Virus record (IMG/VR): IMGVR_UViG_3300044970_002549
Span: 27,158 to 91,157 of that record
Length of the DNA stretch: 64,000 bases
Origin: a virus
Strand: one strand, 5' to 3'
In this document: positions 1 through 7,316 of the stretch, piece after piece
Layout of the letters: the number at the start of each line of letters is the position of its first letter
How positions within the stretch are numbered: the stretch's first letter is position 1
Program-made: the position numbers and the translations under genes
Notes under the pieces: model-generated
The model's input: only the letters and a program-made list of their open reading frames with translations
What the model was told of the DNA's origin: nothing
The model's database searches: none

Positions 1-87
1 ATTTGCGCGGAGTGCTATGCTGATGCGGCACACGCTTCGTTGGCAGAGGAGAGGATTGAGGAGATGAGAGACAATGGCAGCATTTAG
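1..87 (+). CDS. 3' end of a hypothetical early protein (partial)
   Basis: Frame 1 is open from base 1 (ICAECYADAA...GSI*) to TAG at 85-87 and overlaps the next start. Confidence 0.45.
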   Translation: MCAECYADAAHASLAEERIEEMRDNGSI

Positions 88-301
88 TTTCTACGAGTTC
101 ACGGAGGAGGAGGTTATCGCCTTCGTTCGCGCTCTGGTGCGCGGCGGGGACTTTGCTATTGGGCTTTCGTCAGGTGAGGCCATAGAGCGCGCCATAGACA
201 TCATTGACGAGCCGCACAAGTGGTCGCGTGAGATGACGGCGTGGCGAGCTGCCGGCTCACCATACACCTACACCTACATCAAAGAGGGCTTGACGGACTA
301 G
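74..301 (+). CDS. hypothetical early protein
   Basis: 75-aa ORF with GAGGAG SD upstream. Confidence 0.7.
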   Translation: MAAFSFYEFTEEEVIAFVRALVRGGDFAIGLSSGEAIERAIDIIDEPHKWSREMTAWRAAGSPYTYTYIKEGLTD

Positions 302-361
302 TCTGGCGGCTGTAAGGTGATGGTGTCGGGGCTTCCCGATAGACACAGAGAGGAGTAAGAG
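290..361 (+). promoter_or_regulatory. early cassette 1 promoter, +1 hairpin, GACACAG box and SD
   Basis: TTGACG(290)-17 nt-TAAGGT(313); 6 nt; stem GTCGGG-gctt-CCCGAT (325-340); GACACAG; AGGAG. Confidence 0.8.
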
Positions 362-604
362 ATGGACGAAGGGTTTGAGCAATCGGTCGAGATTCCGTTC
401 AGCAAGTTCTATGTTGCGGTAGCGCGCAAGGTTGAGGCCAAGTGCGGCCTGACCCCTGACGACCTTCCGGACATTGACTTCCGAGCGTTCTATTTGGAGC
501 GCGGTACGATTGAGGAGTACCGAGCAGCAATCGCGGAGTGCGTGTATGCCGTACTCGAAGGCGCAGGGTATCCCTTCGCTGATGAGGACGAGTACTACGC
601 ATGA
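362..604 (+). CDS. hypothetical acidic early protein
   Basis: 80-aa ORF behind AGGAG SD. Confidence 0.75.
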   Translation: MDEGFEQSVEIPFSKFYVAVARKVEAKCGLTPDDLPDIDFRAFYLERGTIEEYRAAIAECVYAVLEGAGYPFADEDEYYA

Positions 605-822
605 CTTCGATTTCCCGCAAGAGTGGTCGCTCGTGGAGTCAGTTCTCCGCTCGTACAAAGGCCGAGTACCTTCGGGAGTCGGCAGCGTGGGAGCGTGAGC
701 AGCGGCGTAGGCTATACATCAAGGGTGCGGTAGTAGTGGTTGCGTTTGCGGCCTTCGTACTCTTGGTGCTAGGATTCGGCGGCACGAGCGATTTCGTGCC
801 TGATGTGAGAGAGGTGGAGTGA
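601..822 (+). CDS. small membrane protein
   Basis: ATGA overlap with upstream stop; hydrophobic segment GAVVVVAFAAFVLLVLGFG. Confidence 0.7.
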   Translation: MTSISRKSGRSWSQFSARTKAEYLRESAAWEREQRRRLYIKGAVVVVAFAAFVLLVLGFGGTSDFVPDVREVE

Positions 823-1082
823 TGAGAGCAGAGGAACTATACGAGATTGGCGACGCAGGGTATCTGCGCGTGGACTTGCGCGACGATCTTTGGGTTGCGC
901 TGATGACGCAGGACGGAGTGAACTTCGGCGGTACGCTCTGGAGGGTATCTGATGGTCAGTACTACTCCGAAGGCTGTACGGCAGGGTATCCTGTGTTTTG
1001 TTTCGCTATGACTTCGGACGAGGCAGCTCGGCAGGTTGCGCTCTATATTGCGATGGAGTCGGGAGCCGAGGCTCTGCTGTAA
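819..1082 (+). CDS. hypothetical early protein
   Basis: GTGA overlap with upstream stop; GAGG SD. Confidence 0.7.
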   Translation: MMRAEELYEIGDAGYLRVDLRDDLWVALMTQDGVNFGGTLWRVSDGQYYSEGCTAGYPVFCFAMTSDEAARQVALYIAMESGAEALL

Positions 1083-1085
1083 GAC

Positions 1086-1158
1086 TTGACGCGGCCTATC
1101 TGGTCGTTTAGAATCGAGGAGTCGGGGCTTCCCGATAAGGCACAGCAAGGAGGAGATA
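1086..1158 (+). promoter_or_regulatory. early cassette 2 promoter, +1 hairpin, GGCACAG box and SD
   Basis: TTGACG(1086)-17-TAGAAT(1109); 6 nt; GTCGGGGCTTCCCGAT (1121-1136, identical to cassette 1); GGCACAG; AGGAGG. Confidence 0.85.
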
Positions 1159-1581
1159 ATGTCGGAAGCGTTTAGGGTCAATGTGAACGAGCAGGGCGAG
1201 TCATGGGTCGAGCGCATCGCATGGGGCGACAAGTCCGGCCTATCAGAGCACTACGCGGCGATTGGCTGCGAGCTCGTCCAAGTCGCAGGGTCGGGTGCGT
1301 TTGGCGGCGTTCCTGTGATTGTGTTCGTAGATGAGGAAGGCCTGTATCGTGAGCCTGTCCTGTTCAATCGTGTGGTGTGCGACTTCGTAGCCGAGGCCAC
1401 CGATTCGGCTCCTGCGTACATGATGGGCGGCGGCCTTGTGGGTCGTGCGCTTGTCTTGTTTGATAGCGGCAGCGATTCTCGCGGATTCACCAAAGAGGAA
1501 GCCGATAGAATCAGCGCGCAGCTCGAACACGGCGGCTATCCTACGCTCTCAATGTTCAGGGAGGACGAGCCGCTAGCGTAG
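1159..1581 (+). CDS. DUF3846-like protein
   Basis: IGCELVQV...VDEEGL...N...LVGRAL pattern resembles DUF3846 phage proteins. Confidence 0.65.
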   Translation: MSEAFRVNVNEQGESWVERIAWGDKSGLSEHYAAIGCELVQVAGSGAFGGVPVIVFVDEEGLYREPVLFNRVVCDFVAEATDSAPAYMMGGGLVGRALVLFDSGSDSRGFTKEEADRISAQLEHGGYPTLSMFREDEPLA

Positions 1582-1599
1582 CGCGTCCCTATTGACTAC

Positions 1600-1640
1600 G
1601 AGGCCGTCGGTGTCTGTGCCACCGGCGGCCTCACTTTATC
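1600..1640 (+). terminator. intrinsic terminator with TCTGTGC loop
   Basis: GAGGCCGTCGGTG / CACCGGCGGCCTC stem followed by a T-rich tail. Confidence 0.75.
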
Positions 1641-1642
1641 CG

Positions 1643-1710
1643 CTCATCATTATCAGGCCGCTATTATCAGACCCCCTACCATAGCCCCCCCCCCATACCC
1701 CACGCCCCAT
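1643..1710. repeat. intergenic (TCA/TTA/CTA)n cluster plus C4-tract module
   Basis: CTCATCATTATCAGGCCGCTATTATCAGACCCCCTACC... with four C-runs. Related modules start near 2333, 3056, 3155, 3789, 4388, 4482, 5478, 5641, 6320, 7107, 7209 and 7930. Confidence 0.8.
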
Positions 1711-1749
1711 CGCTACCGGTAGGCCGTGCCTCTGGTCGAAACTGGGGGC

Positions 1750-1825
1750 TTGACGAACGGCACAGGAGGCTCTACCTTGTATGAGTTGGCACTTGCTAAC
1801 AGCACAGGCACAGGAGGAGGAACAG
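1750..1825 (+). promoter_or_regulatory. early cassette 3 promoter, +1 hairpin, tandem GCACAG boxes and SD
   Basis: TTGACG(1750)-17-TACCTT(1773); 6 nt; GTTGGC-actt-GCTAAC; AGCACAGGCACAGGAGGAGG. Confidence 0.8.
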
Positions 1826-2257
1826 ATGAAAGACCTGACGACACCAGCGCAGAAGTGGCTGCGGGAGTTTCTCGGAACACAGGCCGTAGGGACTTGCCCT
1901 ACTTGCCGACAGGCTCTGCCAGAAGGCTCGTGCTTTCGGGCGTTCGTTCGCTACGGCGACGGCGATGACCTTGTGGCCTACACCAAGACTCGCGGTGAGG
2001 CTCTGGCCGTCCTGATCGGTTGGCGCGATGACGAGTGCGGCGATTCGTTCTGGGCTGATCGAGCAGACACTTGGAGCACCCTAAGCGTCGCGCAAGCGGT
2101 TGCTTTGGAGCACGCACCGGCGGCTCTGATCGTTGCTGCCGATGCTGACGAGAAGGTCTACGATGAACTCTTGGCCGCAGTCGAGTATGACTTCATCGGC
2201 ACACCGCTTGTCGGTGCTGTCTGGGTGGACGACCTTACGGCATACTCCGGCAAGTAG
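1826..2257 (+). CDS. hypothetical early protein with a CxxC motif
   Basis: Start moved to ATG 1826 (MKDLTT) because it follows the SD; CPTC motif. Confidence 0.7.
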   Translation: MKDLTTPAQKWLREFLGTQAVGTCPTCRQALPEGSCFRAFVRYGDGDDLVAYTKTRGEALAVLIGWRDDECGDSFWADRADTWSTLSVAQAVALEHAPAALIVAADADEKVYDELLAAVEYDFIGTPLVGAVWVDDLTAYSGK

Positions 2258-2274
2258 TCCGCTCGATTTTCTAC

Positions 2275-2316
2275 GAGGCCACTCCCCATCTGTGCGGGGG
2301 GTGGCCTCTTTCTATT
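2275..2316 (+). terminator. intrinsic terminator with TCTGTGC loop
   Basis: GAGGCCACTCCCC / GGGGGGTGGCCTC stem followed by TTTCTATT. Confidence 0.8.
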
Positions 2317-2446
2317 CCCTGAGCTTTACGCGGTCATCATTAGGCCGTCATTATGCGCTGGCTATTATGCGACCCCTTACCCCACACCCCGACACCCCAG
2401 ACCCCAGCGGTCGCGGTGCGCGCTCCGAAACTCCGCAGCGGGGGGC

Positions 2447-2524
2447 TTGACGCTAGGCCTCGGTGGGTGTACCTTCGATGTGTTGGGTGGCTATGCTCCC
2501 CCGACTAGCACAGAGGAGAACCAG
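2447..2524 (+). promoter_or_regulatory. early cassette 4 promoter and leader
   Basis: TTGACG(2447)-17-TACCTT(2470); 6 nt; GTTGGG...CCCGAC; TAGCACAGAGGAG. Confidence 0.8.
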
Positions 2525-2986
2525 ATGAAGGGGATGACCTACGAGCAAGCGCGCGAGGTGTGCGCCAAGTTGGGCGGGATGTTCTCCGTCCTGACCGCGT
2601 GGTCTGCGCCGACCACCCCGAAGGAGTTCGACCGCCGCAAGGAGAGCGCGGCGAGCCGTGAGGCCGAGCATCGTCCTATCGGGCGCGTCCAGACGACGGG
2701 CGAGCAAGTGGTAGACGACAAGGGGCGCGTTTCCTTTATGTATCGAGTATCGGGTCAAGTGAATCGGGACGAGCACCCAGAGGGCGTATACCTGACCAAG
2801 AAGGGAGAGCCTTGCGTTGATGTCGTCATCTCCGCTCCAACGGAGTACGGCTACACGACTGCTTGCAAGTACGCGGGAGTCGTCGGCTCGGCGTGTGAGC
2901 GTCGTCGCCCGTTCCACTCCCACCGCACTATCAACCTGACGCGGCTCGTGTCGTGGATGGTGTCGGGAGAGGAGCAGGTGCGCTAG
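2525..2986 (+). CDS. early protein, paralogue of 7392-7844
   Basis: Start moved to ATG 2525; shares GGMFxVLTxWSAPTT, GQVNRD, PEGVYL, APTEYGYTTAC and HRTINLTRLV with 7392-7844. Confidence 0.8.
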   Translation: MKGMTYEQAREVCAKLGGMFSVLTAWSAPTTPKEFDRRKESAASREAEHRPIGRVQTTGEQVVDDKGRVSFMYRVSGQVNRDEHPEGVYLTKKGEPCVDVVISAPTEYGYTTACKYAGVVGSACERRRPFHSHRTINLTRLVSWMVSGEEQVR

Positions 2987-3006
2987 GCCTCGCTTCGATT
3001 CGACCA

Positions 3007-3048
3007 GAGCACCCCGTCGGGCTTCGGCTTGGCGGGGTGTTCTATTGT
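3007..3048 (+). terminator. intrinsic terminator (cUUCGg loop)
   Basis: GAGCACCCCGTCGGG-CTTCGG-CTTGGCGGGGTGTTC followed by TATTGT. Confidence 0.8.
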
Positions 3049-3266
3049 CCGGTGTTTATCATCACGCCGTCATTACTCGACCCCCTACCCCGTCCCCCCA
3101 CCCCCCGCTCCCTCATCTCACTCTGTCGTGTCGTTTGATTCTGTCGAGCTGCTAGTCATCAGGTCATCATCACAGGGCTATTAGGCGACCCCCCATACGA
3201 CCCCCGCACCCCCCTTACCCCATTGCTGGATCGGTCGAGTGCTACCGCTCTGGCTCGTCTTGGCTC

Positions 3267-3343
3267 TTGACGGATTGACCGCTGCCGGCAATACTCGAAG
3301 TGTCGGGCGGCTCTGATCTGCTCGACTAGCACAGGAGGAACCT
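3267..3343 (+). promoter_or_regulatory. early cassette 5 promoter and leader
   Basis: TTGACG(3267)-17-AATACT(3290); 6 nt; GTCGGGCGG...CTGCTCGAC; TAGCACAGGAGG. Confidence 0.75.
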
Positions 3344-3733
3344 ATGTATAGGTTCATCGTATTCGTAAGGCGCGTGGTTGATGGCGTCGAGGATGCCGTA
3401 GGCGACACGCTGACCGCTGCCGGCCCTGACTGGGCGTACGACAAGACAGAGGCTGTCGCTACCGACGGCGGCTATCCTGAACCGATGGCTCACTCGGTCG
3501 CTCGCGGGATGACCCAGGCTGCGTATGCGCTGCTCGGTGGTCTGGACTTCTTTGTCCAAGAGTACGACGCTGAGGATGTCGCGGCAGGGTCGCTGACCCC
3601 AGAGGATAAGGAGATGGCGGCGGCTATCTCACTCGGCCTCCTCCCATCTGACGGATCGGTAGCCTTCGTCTCTGGTCTGGTCAATCGAGCAGACGCCAAG
3701 CCCTTCTGGTTCGTGGTCGCGGTTCACGACTAG
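3344..3733 (+). CDS. hypothetical early protein
   Basis: 129-aa ORF behind AGGAGG SD. Confidence 0.75.
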   Translation: MYRFIVFVRRVVDGVEDAVGDTLTAAGPDWAYDKTEAVATDGGYPEPMAHSVARGMTQAAYALLGGLDFFVQEYDAEDVAAGSLTPEDKEMAAAISLGLLPSDGSVAFVSGLVNRADAKPFWFVVAVHD

Positions 3734-3753
3734 CCGTACCGGTTGCGGTCATC

Positions 3754-3792
3754 GAATCCGTCTCACCCTTCGGGGTGGGGCGGATTCTTTTA
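3754..3792 (+). terminator. intrinsic terminator (cUUCGg loop)
   Basis: GAATCCGTCTCACCC-TTCG-GGGTGGGGCGGATTC followed by TTTT. Confidence 0.85.
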
Positions 3793-3905
3793 TGCCGTCA
3801 TTATCAGCGCGCTATTATGCGACCCCTAGCACCCCTGACCCCGCTCCCCCTTACCCCTTACGCTCTGGCGTGTCGCATGTCTGGCGCGCAGCTCGGCTGC
3901 TGCTA

Positions 3906-3986
3906 TTGACTTGACCGCGCCCGGCCGTATAGACTCATGGAAGTCGAGGGAGTAGGCACAGACCCCTCTCGGCACAGGAGGTCAAG
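3906..3986 (+). promoter_or_regulatory. early cassette 6 promoter and leader
   Basis: TTGACT(3906)-18-TAGACT(3930); 7 nt; GTCGAG...CTCGGC with GGCACAGAC in the loop; GGCACAGGAGG. Confidence 0.75.
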
Positions 3987-4328
3987 ATGACCGAGCAAAA
4001 GAAGGCGACCCTCTGGGTTGTCGAGGTGGTATGGAACGGCGAGCCTCATCGTTCGTTCTATGAGGATCGGGAGGAGGCAATCGCTGGGCTGGTGAGCCTA
4101 GCGGACTTTCTGGCTGACTTCACCAGAACCAACAAGACAGGCAGGGCAACCAATCGGGACTTGGAGACCGCTACGGAGTTTCTGCTAGATGATGACCGCT
4201 CGTCATGGGTTGATTGTTTGGAGATTACCGAGTCTGGCATTTGCCCAAGGTGCGAGGCGATGGTCGGCTGGTCTGGCGGCTACTGCGAGCCGTGCGGCTA
4301 CGAGTTCGGGAATCAACTGAACGACTAA
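3987..4328 (+). CDS. early protein with C-terminal zinc ribbon
   Basis: CPRC...CEPC motif; SD present. Confidence 0.75.
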   Translation: MTEQKKATLWVVEVVWNGEPHRSFYEDREEAIAGLVSLADFLADFTRTNKTGRATNRDLETATEFLLDDDRSSWVDCLEITESGICPRCEAMVGWSGGYCEPCGYEFGNQLND

Positions 4329-4350
4329 CGCGGCCGGGCGAAGGCAACAG

Positions 4351-4383
4351 GAAGCCGTCCCCTTCGGGGGGCGGTTTTTTGTT
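4351..4383 (+). terminator. intrinsic terminator (cUUCGg loop)
   Basis: GAAGCCGTCCCC-TTCG-GGGGCGGTTTTTT. Confidence 0.8.
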
Positions 4384-4595
4384 AGTCCTATTAGGTCATC
4401 ACATCACCCCCTACCCCAGCCCCCCCTTACCCCTAGAATCTCACGGCTTCCGATACGGCCGGTCGGAGTCAATAGTCGCAGCTCATCATTAGTCATCATC
4501 ATCACGCTATTACTTGACCCCCCATACCCCAGCGAGTCCGTTTCCCCTTGCCCCATCTGGTCGTTGCGTCTGGTGCGCCATCTGCTAGGTGGGGC

Positions 4596-4672
4596 TTGAC
4601 GTTGCCCGCACTTCGAACTAGTCTGGTGAGGTCGCAGGCTGGCACAGACCCGAAGCGACACAGGAGGTCTAG
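4596..4672 (+). promoter_or_regulatory. early cassette 7 promoter and leader
   Basis: TTGACG(4596)-17-TAGTCT(4619); 6 nt; GTCGC...GCGAC with GGCACAGAC in the loop; ACAGGAGG. Confidence 0.8.
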
Positions 4673-5167
4673 ATGTTCACGGAAACGAACGCAGATCGGC
4701 TCGTCGAGGTACGGGCAGCAATCAAGACAGCGATGGACTCCCTCACCGAGAAGGAGTTCGCCGCAGCAGCAGAGAGCAACACGGAAGCCGGTGGTGCTAG
4801 CCACCTCGTCGTCGTCCCTGCTGCTTTCTGGAATGACCACACCAGCCGCGACCTTGACTCGGTTTCGGTCGAGGTGCGGTCATCAAGCGCGGAGTGGGGA
4901 CTCTATGATGACGGCTCCTATGTCGTCCTGATGATGACTGACGACTCGCTCGCCGAGTTGGTGTCTGACTCAGCGTACTACTCCACTTCGTTTGATGAGG
5001 AGGACTACGGCTCACTCATGGAGTCGGCACGCCGTACCTTTCTCGCCTTGATGATCCAGTCGTCGGCTGCGCGTAGCCTGTTGGACTCGCGCACTTCCTA
5101 CGACAACCTGCGCTGGGCGTTGGGCTTGGAGCGAACCGATGCCGCAATCATCACTGGTGCGGCATGA
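4673..5167 (+). CDS. hypothetical acidic early protein
   Basis: 164-aa ORF behind AGGAGG SD. Confidence 0.75.
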   Translation: MFTETNADRLVEVRAAIKTAMDSLTEKEFAAAAESNTEAGGASHLVVVPAAFWNDHTSRDLDSVSVEVRSSSAEWGLYDDGSYVVLMMTDDSLAELVSDSAYYSTSFDEEDYGSLMESARRTFLALMIQSSAARSLLDSRTSYDNLRWALGLERTDAAIITGAA

Positions 5168-5394
5168 CTGCCGATGACCGCACTTCGACCTGCTCCGATT
5201 GCGAGCAGGTGCTAGGAGACTCGGCATGGTACGCCGACAACAACGGCGGACTCGGGCTGCTGATGTATTGCGACGGCTGCGAGGAGCGAAGGTCTGAACG
5301 CTATGGTTGCGCTCTCATCATCGCGGAGGGTTGCGGCTGCGTTCCGAGTGGTGCCGATTGCGCCTGTGGTTGCGGGGGTTCTGGGCAACTCTGA
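5164..5394 (+). CDS. small Cys-rich, probably metal-binding protein
   Basis: CSDC, CDGC and CGC...CACGC motifs; ATGA overlap. Confidence 0.65.
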   Translation: MTADDRTSTCSDCEQVLGDSAWYADNNGGLGLLMYCDGCEERRSERYGCALIIAEGCGCVPSGADCACGCGGSGQL

Positions 5395-5416
5395 ACCGCT
5401 GACCGCACTTCGACCT
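5175..5416 (+). repeat. 17-bp perfect direct repeat TGACCGCACTTCGACCT
   Basis: Copies at 5175-5191 and 5400-5416; related copy in the cassette 7 promoter at 4606-4624. Confidence 0.85.
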
Positions 5417-5420
5417 AGAC

Positions 5421-5457
5421 TCGCCCTCACTCTTTCGGGAGTGGGGGCGGTTCTTTT
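5421..5457 (+). terminator. intrinsic terminator
   Basis: TCGCCCTCACTCT-TTCG-GGAGTGGGGGCGG followed by TTCTTTT. Confidence 0.8.
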
Positions 5458-5753
5458 CCCCGGGGTTTAGATAGGGCCATCATCAGGCAACGCCTACCCC
5501 GACCCCCCACCCCATTCGTCAGGCTTGTTTATCAGGTCGTTCATCGGGGGTGTGCTGATACCCCCTAGCCCCAGTTCGTCGCTCTCCGTCGTTCCTACGG
5601 GGTCGTTTTTCTGGCGCGCAGCTGCGACCACGCTCACTCACCTCATTATCGAGCCACAGTCATCAGGTCATCATTGATCCCCTATACCCCACCAGCCATA
5701 CACCGCCCCCCTTCCCCCCTTGCCCCTTTGGCGTTGCGTCTGGTGCGACCCCC

Positions 5754-5831
5754 TTGTATTGCGGCCGTGCCTGTTGTACCTTTCAGATGTCGGGAGGCAA
5801 ATGACCTGCCGACTAGCACAGGAGGTCAGAG
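5754..5831 (+). promoter_or_regulatory. early cassette 8 promoter and leader
   Basis: TTGTAT(5754)-17-TACCTT(5777); 6 nt; GTCGG...CCGAC; TAGCACAGGAGG. Confidence 0.75.
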
Positions 5832-6185
5832 ATGACCAAGGAAGAACTGATCCAGCTACTTCGGGAGAAGCCCGACGCAATGCGAGCCCTGAACGGCGAC
5901 GGCCATGGGCTCTACGCGCCAGAGTGGTACACCGAGGTCGGCTGGCCTTCGGAGATGATCAGCCGGCTCAATGTCGTCCATACCAGCGACGGCACGACGA
6001 AGGGCTCCATGTGGGATCACGAAGGCAACATCATCGCGGAACAGCGAGCTGTGTATTCGCTGGACTTCCATGAGGCCGTTGCCAGCATCGTCGGCACCAC
6101 CGCGCATCACAGCATGTTCGGTCGGGGTTCGGCCGCACGCGCCATCGCCATCGAGGTCAGGGCAATCGTGGAGGTTGGAGCATGA
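5832..6185 (+). CDS. hypothetical early protein
   Basis: 117-aa ORF behind AGGAGG SD. Confidence 0.75.
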   Translation: MTKEELIQLLREKPDAMRALNGDGHGLYAPEWYTEVGWPSEMISRLNVVHTSDGTTKGSMWDHEGNIIAEQRAVYSLDFHEAVASIVGTTAHHSMFGRGSAARAIAIEVRAIVEVGA

Positions 6186-6268
6186 TGGAACTCATCGGTG
6201 AGGCAATCAGCGTTGCGACCTTCCTAGTGGCCGTGATTCTGTTCTTGGGTTGGAACTCAATGGTCTAG
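6182..6268 (+). CDS. 28-aa single-TM microprotein (not in the ORF track)
   Basis: MMELIGEAISVATFLVAVILFLGWNSMV; ATGA overlap, GGAG upstream, ends before the terminator. Confidence 0.6.
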   Translation: MMELIGEAISVATFLVAVILFLGWNSMV

Positions 6269-6290
6269 CCCAGTCCAGCTCGGAGAATCC

Positions 6291-6330
6291 GATGACCCCT
6301 CTGCCTTCGGGTAGGGGGGTCATCATTTAT
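6291..6330 (+). terminator. intrinsic terminator (cUUCGg loop)
   Basis: GATGACCCCTCTGCC-TTCG-GGTAGGGGGGTCATC. Confidence 0.75.
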
Positions 6331-6460
6331 GGCTATTCATCAGGTCATCATTATCAGGTCATAGTGCGACCCCTTACCCCATAGTCCGTGCCGTTCCCCT
6401 TGCCCCTGTCTGCTACTGGTTCTTGGGCAGCTGCGATCTGTTGCGCCTGGTGCGTAGTGC

Positions 6461-6534
6461 TTGCGCTTTTTGGTTGATGTGTTTAGACTCTAACTATCGG
6501 CGGCAATGCTTCGCTGATAGCACAGGAGGAAACT
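6461..6534 (+). promoter_or_regulatory. early cassette 9 promoter and leader
   Basis: TTGCGC(6461)-17-TAGACT(6484); 6 nt; ATCGGCG...CGCTGAT; AGCACAGGAGG. Confidence 0.75.
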
Positions 6535-7047
6535 ATGAACGGCAAGGGCAAAACCGGCGCACAGGCAGCAGTCGCACGAGCCGAGGCGTTGGCTCGGTAT
6601 CCAGAGAATCCAACGGCGGTGATGATCCGACCGATTGAGAGCCTCTATGGTCAAGTGTTCGCGGAGCCGACGAGCGCGATGCTCTCGGTCTTTCTTGCGC
6701 CTCGCGTTGAGATCGCATTGGAGCAGGGCGACCTCTGGCGGCAGCCTGTGAGGGTTGTACGCAAGGTGAACGAGTCAGAGATGACCTTCACCGCCGTCCT
6801 CATCGGTAGGGCAGCGCCAGAGAACGAGGCGATCCTCTGGCAGGGTGGCAACGCCCCAATGATGGGGTGGCTCCCTCTGGACGTCGCAGACTTCGCTGAT
6901 GATCACGATGTGGCGTGGTGGATCGCGTCCTGCTACGACGCTTCTAGCGGGGACGCTTATGCGCTCCATCGTCAGGCAGTCCGCAACATCACCACGAAGG
7001 CACGCGCCGCCTACGAAGCGCAGAACGGAGAGTCCGCTCCCTTCTGA
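6535..7047 (+). CDS. hypothetical early protein
   Basis: 170-aa ORF behind AGGAGG SD. Confidence 0.75.
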   Translation: MNGKGKTGAQAAVARAEALARYPENPTAVMIRPIESLYGQVFAEPTSAMLSVFLAPRVEIALEQGDLWRQPVRVVRKVNESEMTFTAVLIGRAAPENEAILWQGGNAPMMGWLPLDVADFADDHDVAWWIASCYDASSGDAYALHRQAVRNITTKARAAYEAQNGESAPF

Positions 7048-7070
7048 TCAAGTCCGGCGACAGGGCAACG

Positions 7071-7103
7071 GAGCCGATCCCTTCGGGGGTCGGCTCTTTT
7101 GTT
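7071..7103 (+). terminator. intrinsic terminator (cUUCGg loop)
   Basis: GAGCCGATCCC-TTCG-GGGGTCGGCTC followed by TTTT. Confidence 0.85.
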
Positions 7104-7316
7104 AGTTCATCATCAGTTCATCATCAGAGGCCAGTCGCACCCCTTACCCCTAGCCCCGAGTCTTGGCTCGGTCTGATCGAAGCGTGGGCAATCGTCGCAG
7201 CTTACGCGGTTATCATTAGGTCAGTCATTACTCATGAGCCAGTAGGCGACCCCTCTACCCCTTACCCCTCTGGATAGGGCGAGTCCGGCGCAAGGGCAAC
7301 CCGCACCGCCTACCCC

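Noticed and set aside
1092-5770. GGCC/CGGCCG in promoter spacers as methylation switches for the phage MTase
   Set aside because: MTase specificity is unknown, and these words are common in GC-rich DNA.
1643-6361. Fur boxes (CATTATC half-sites) in the spacers
   Set aside because: Only half-sites on one strand, no 19-bp inverted consensus, and not overlapping the promoters.
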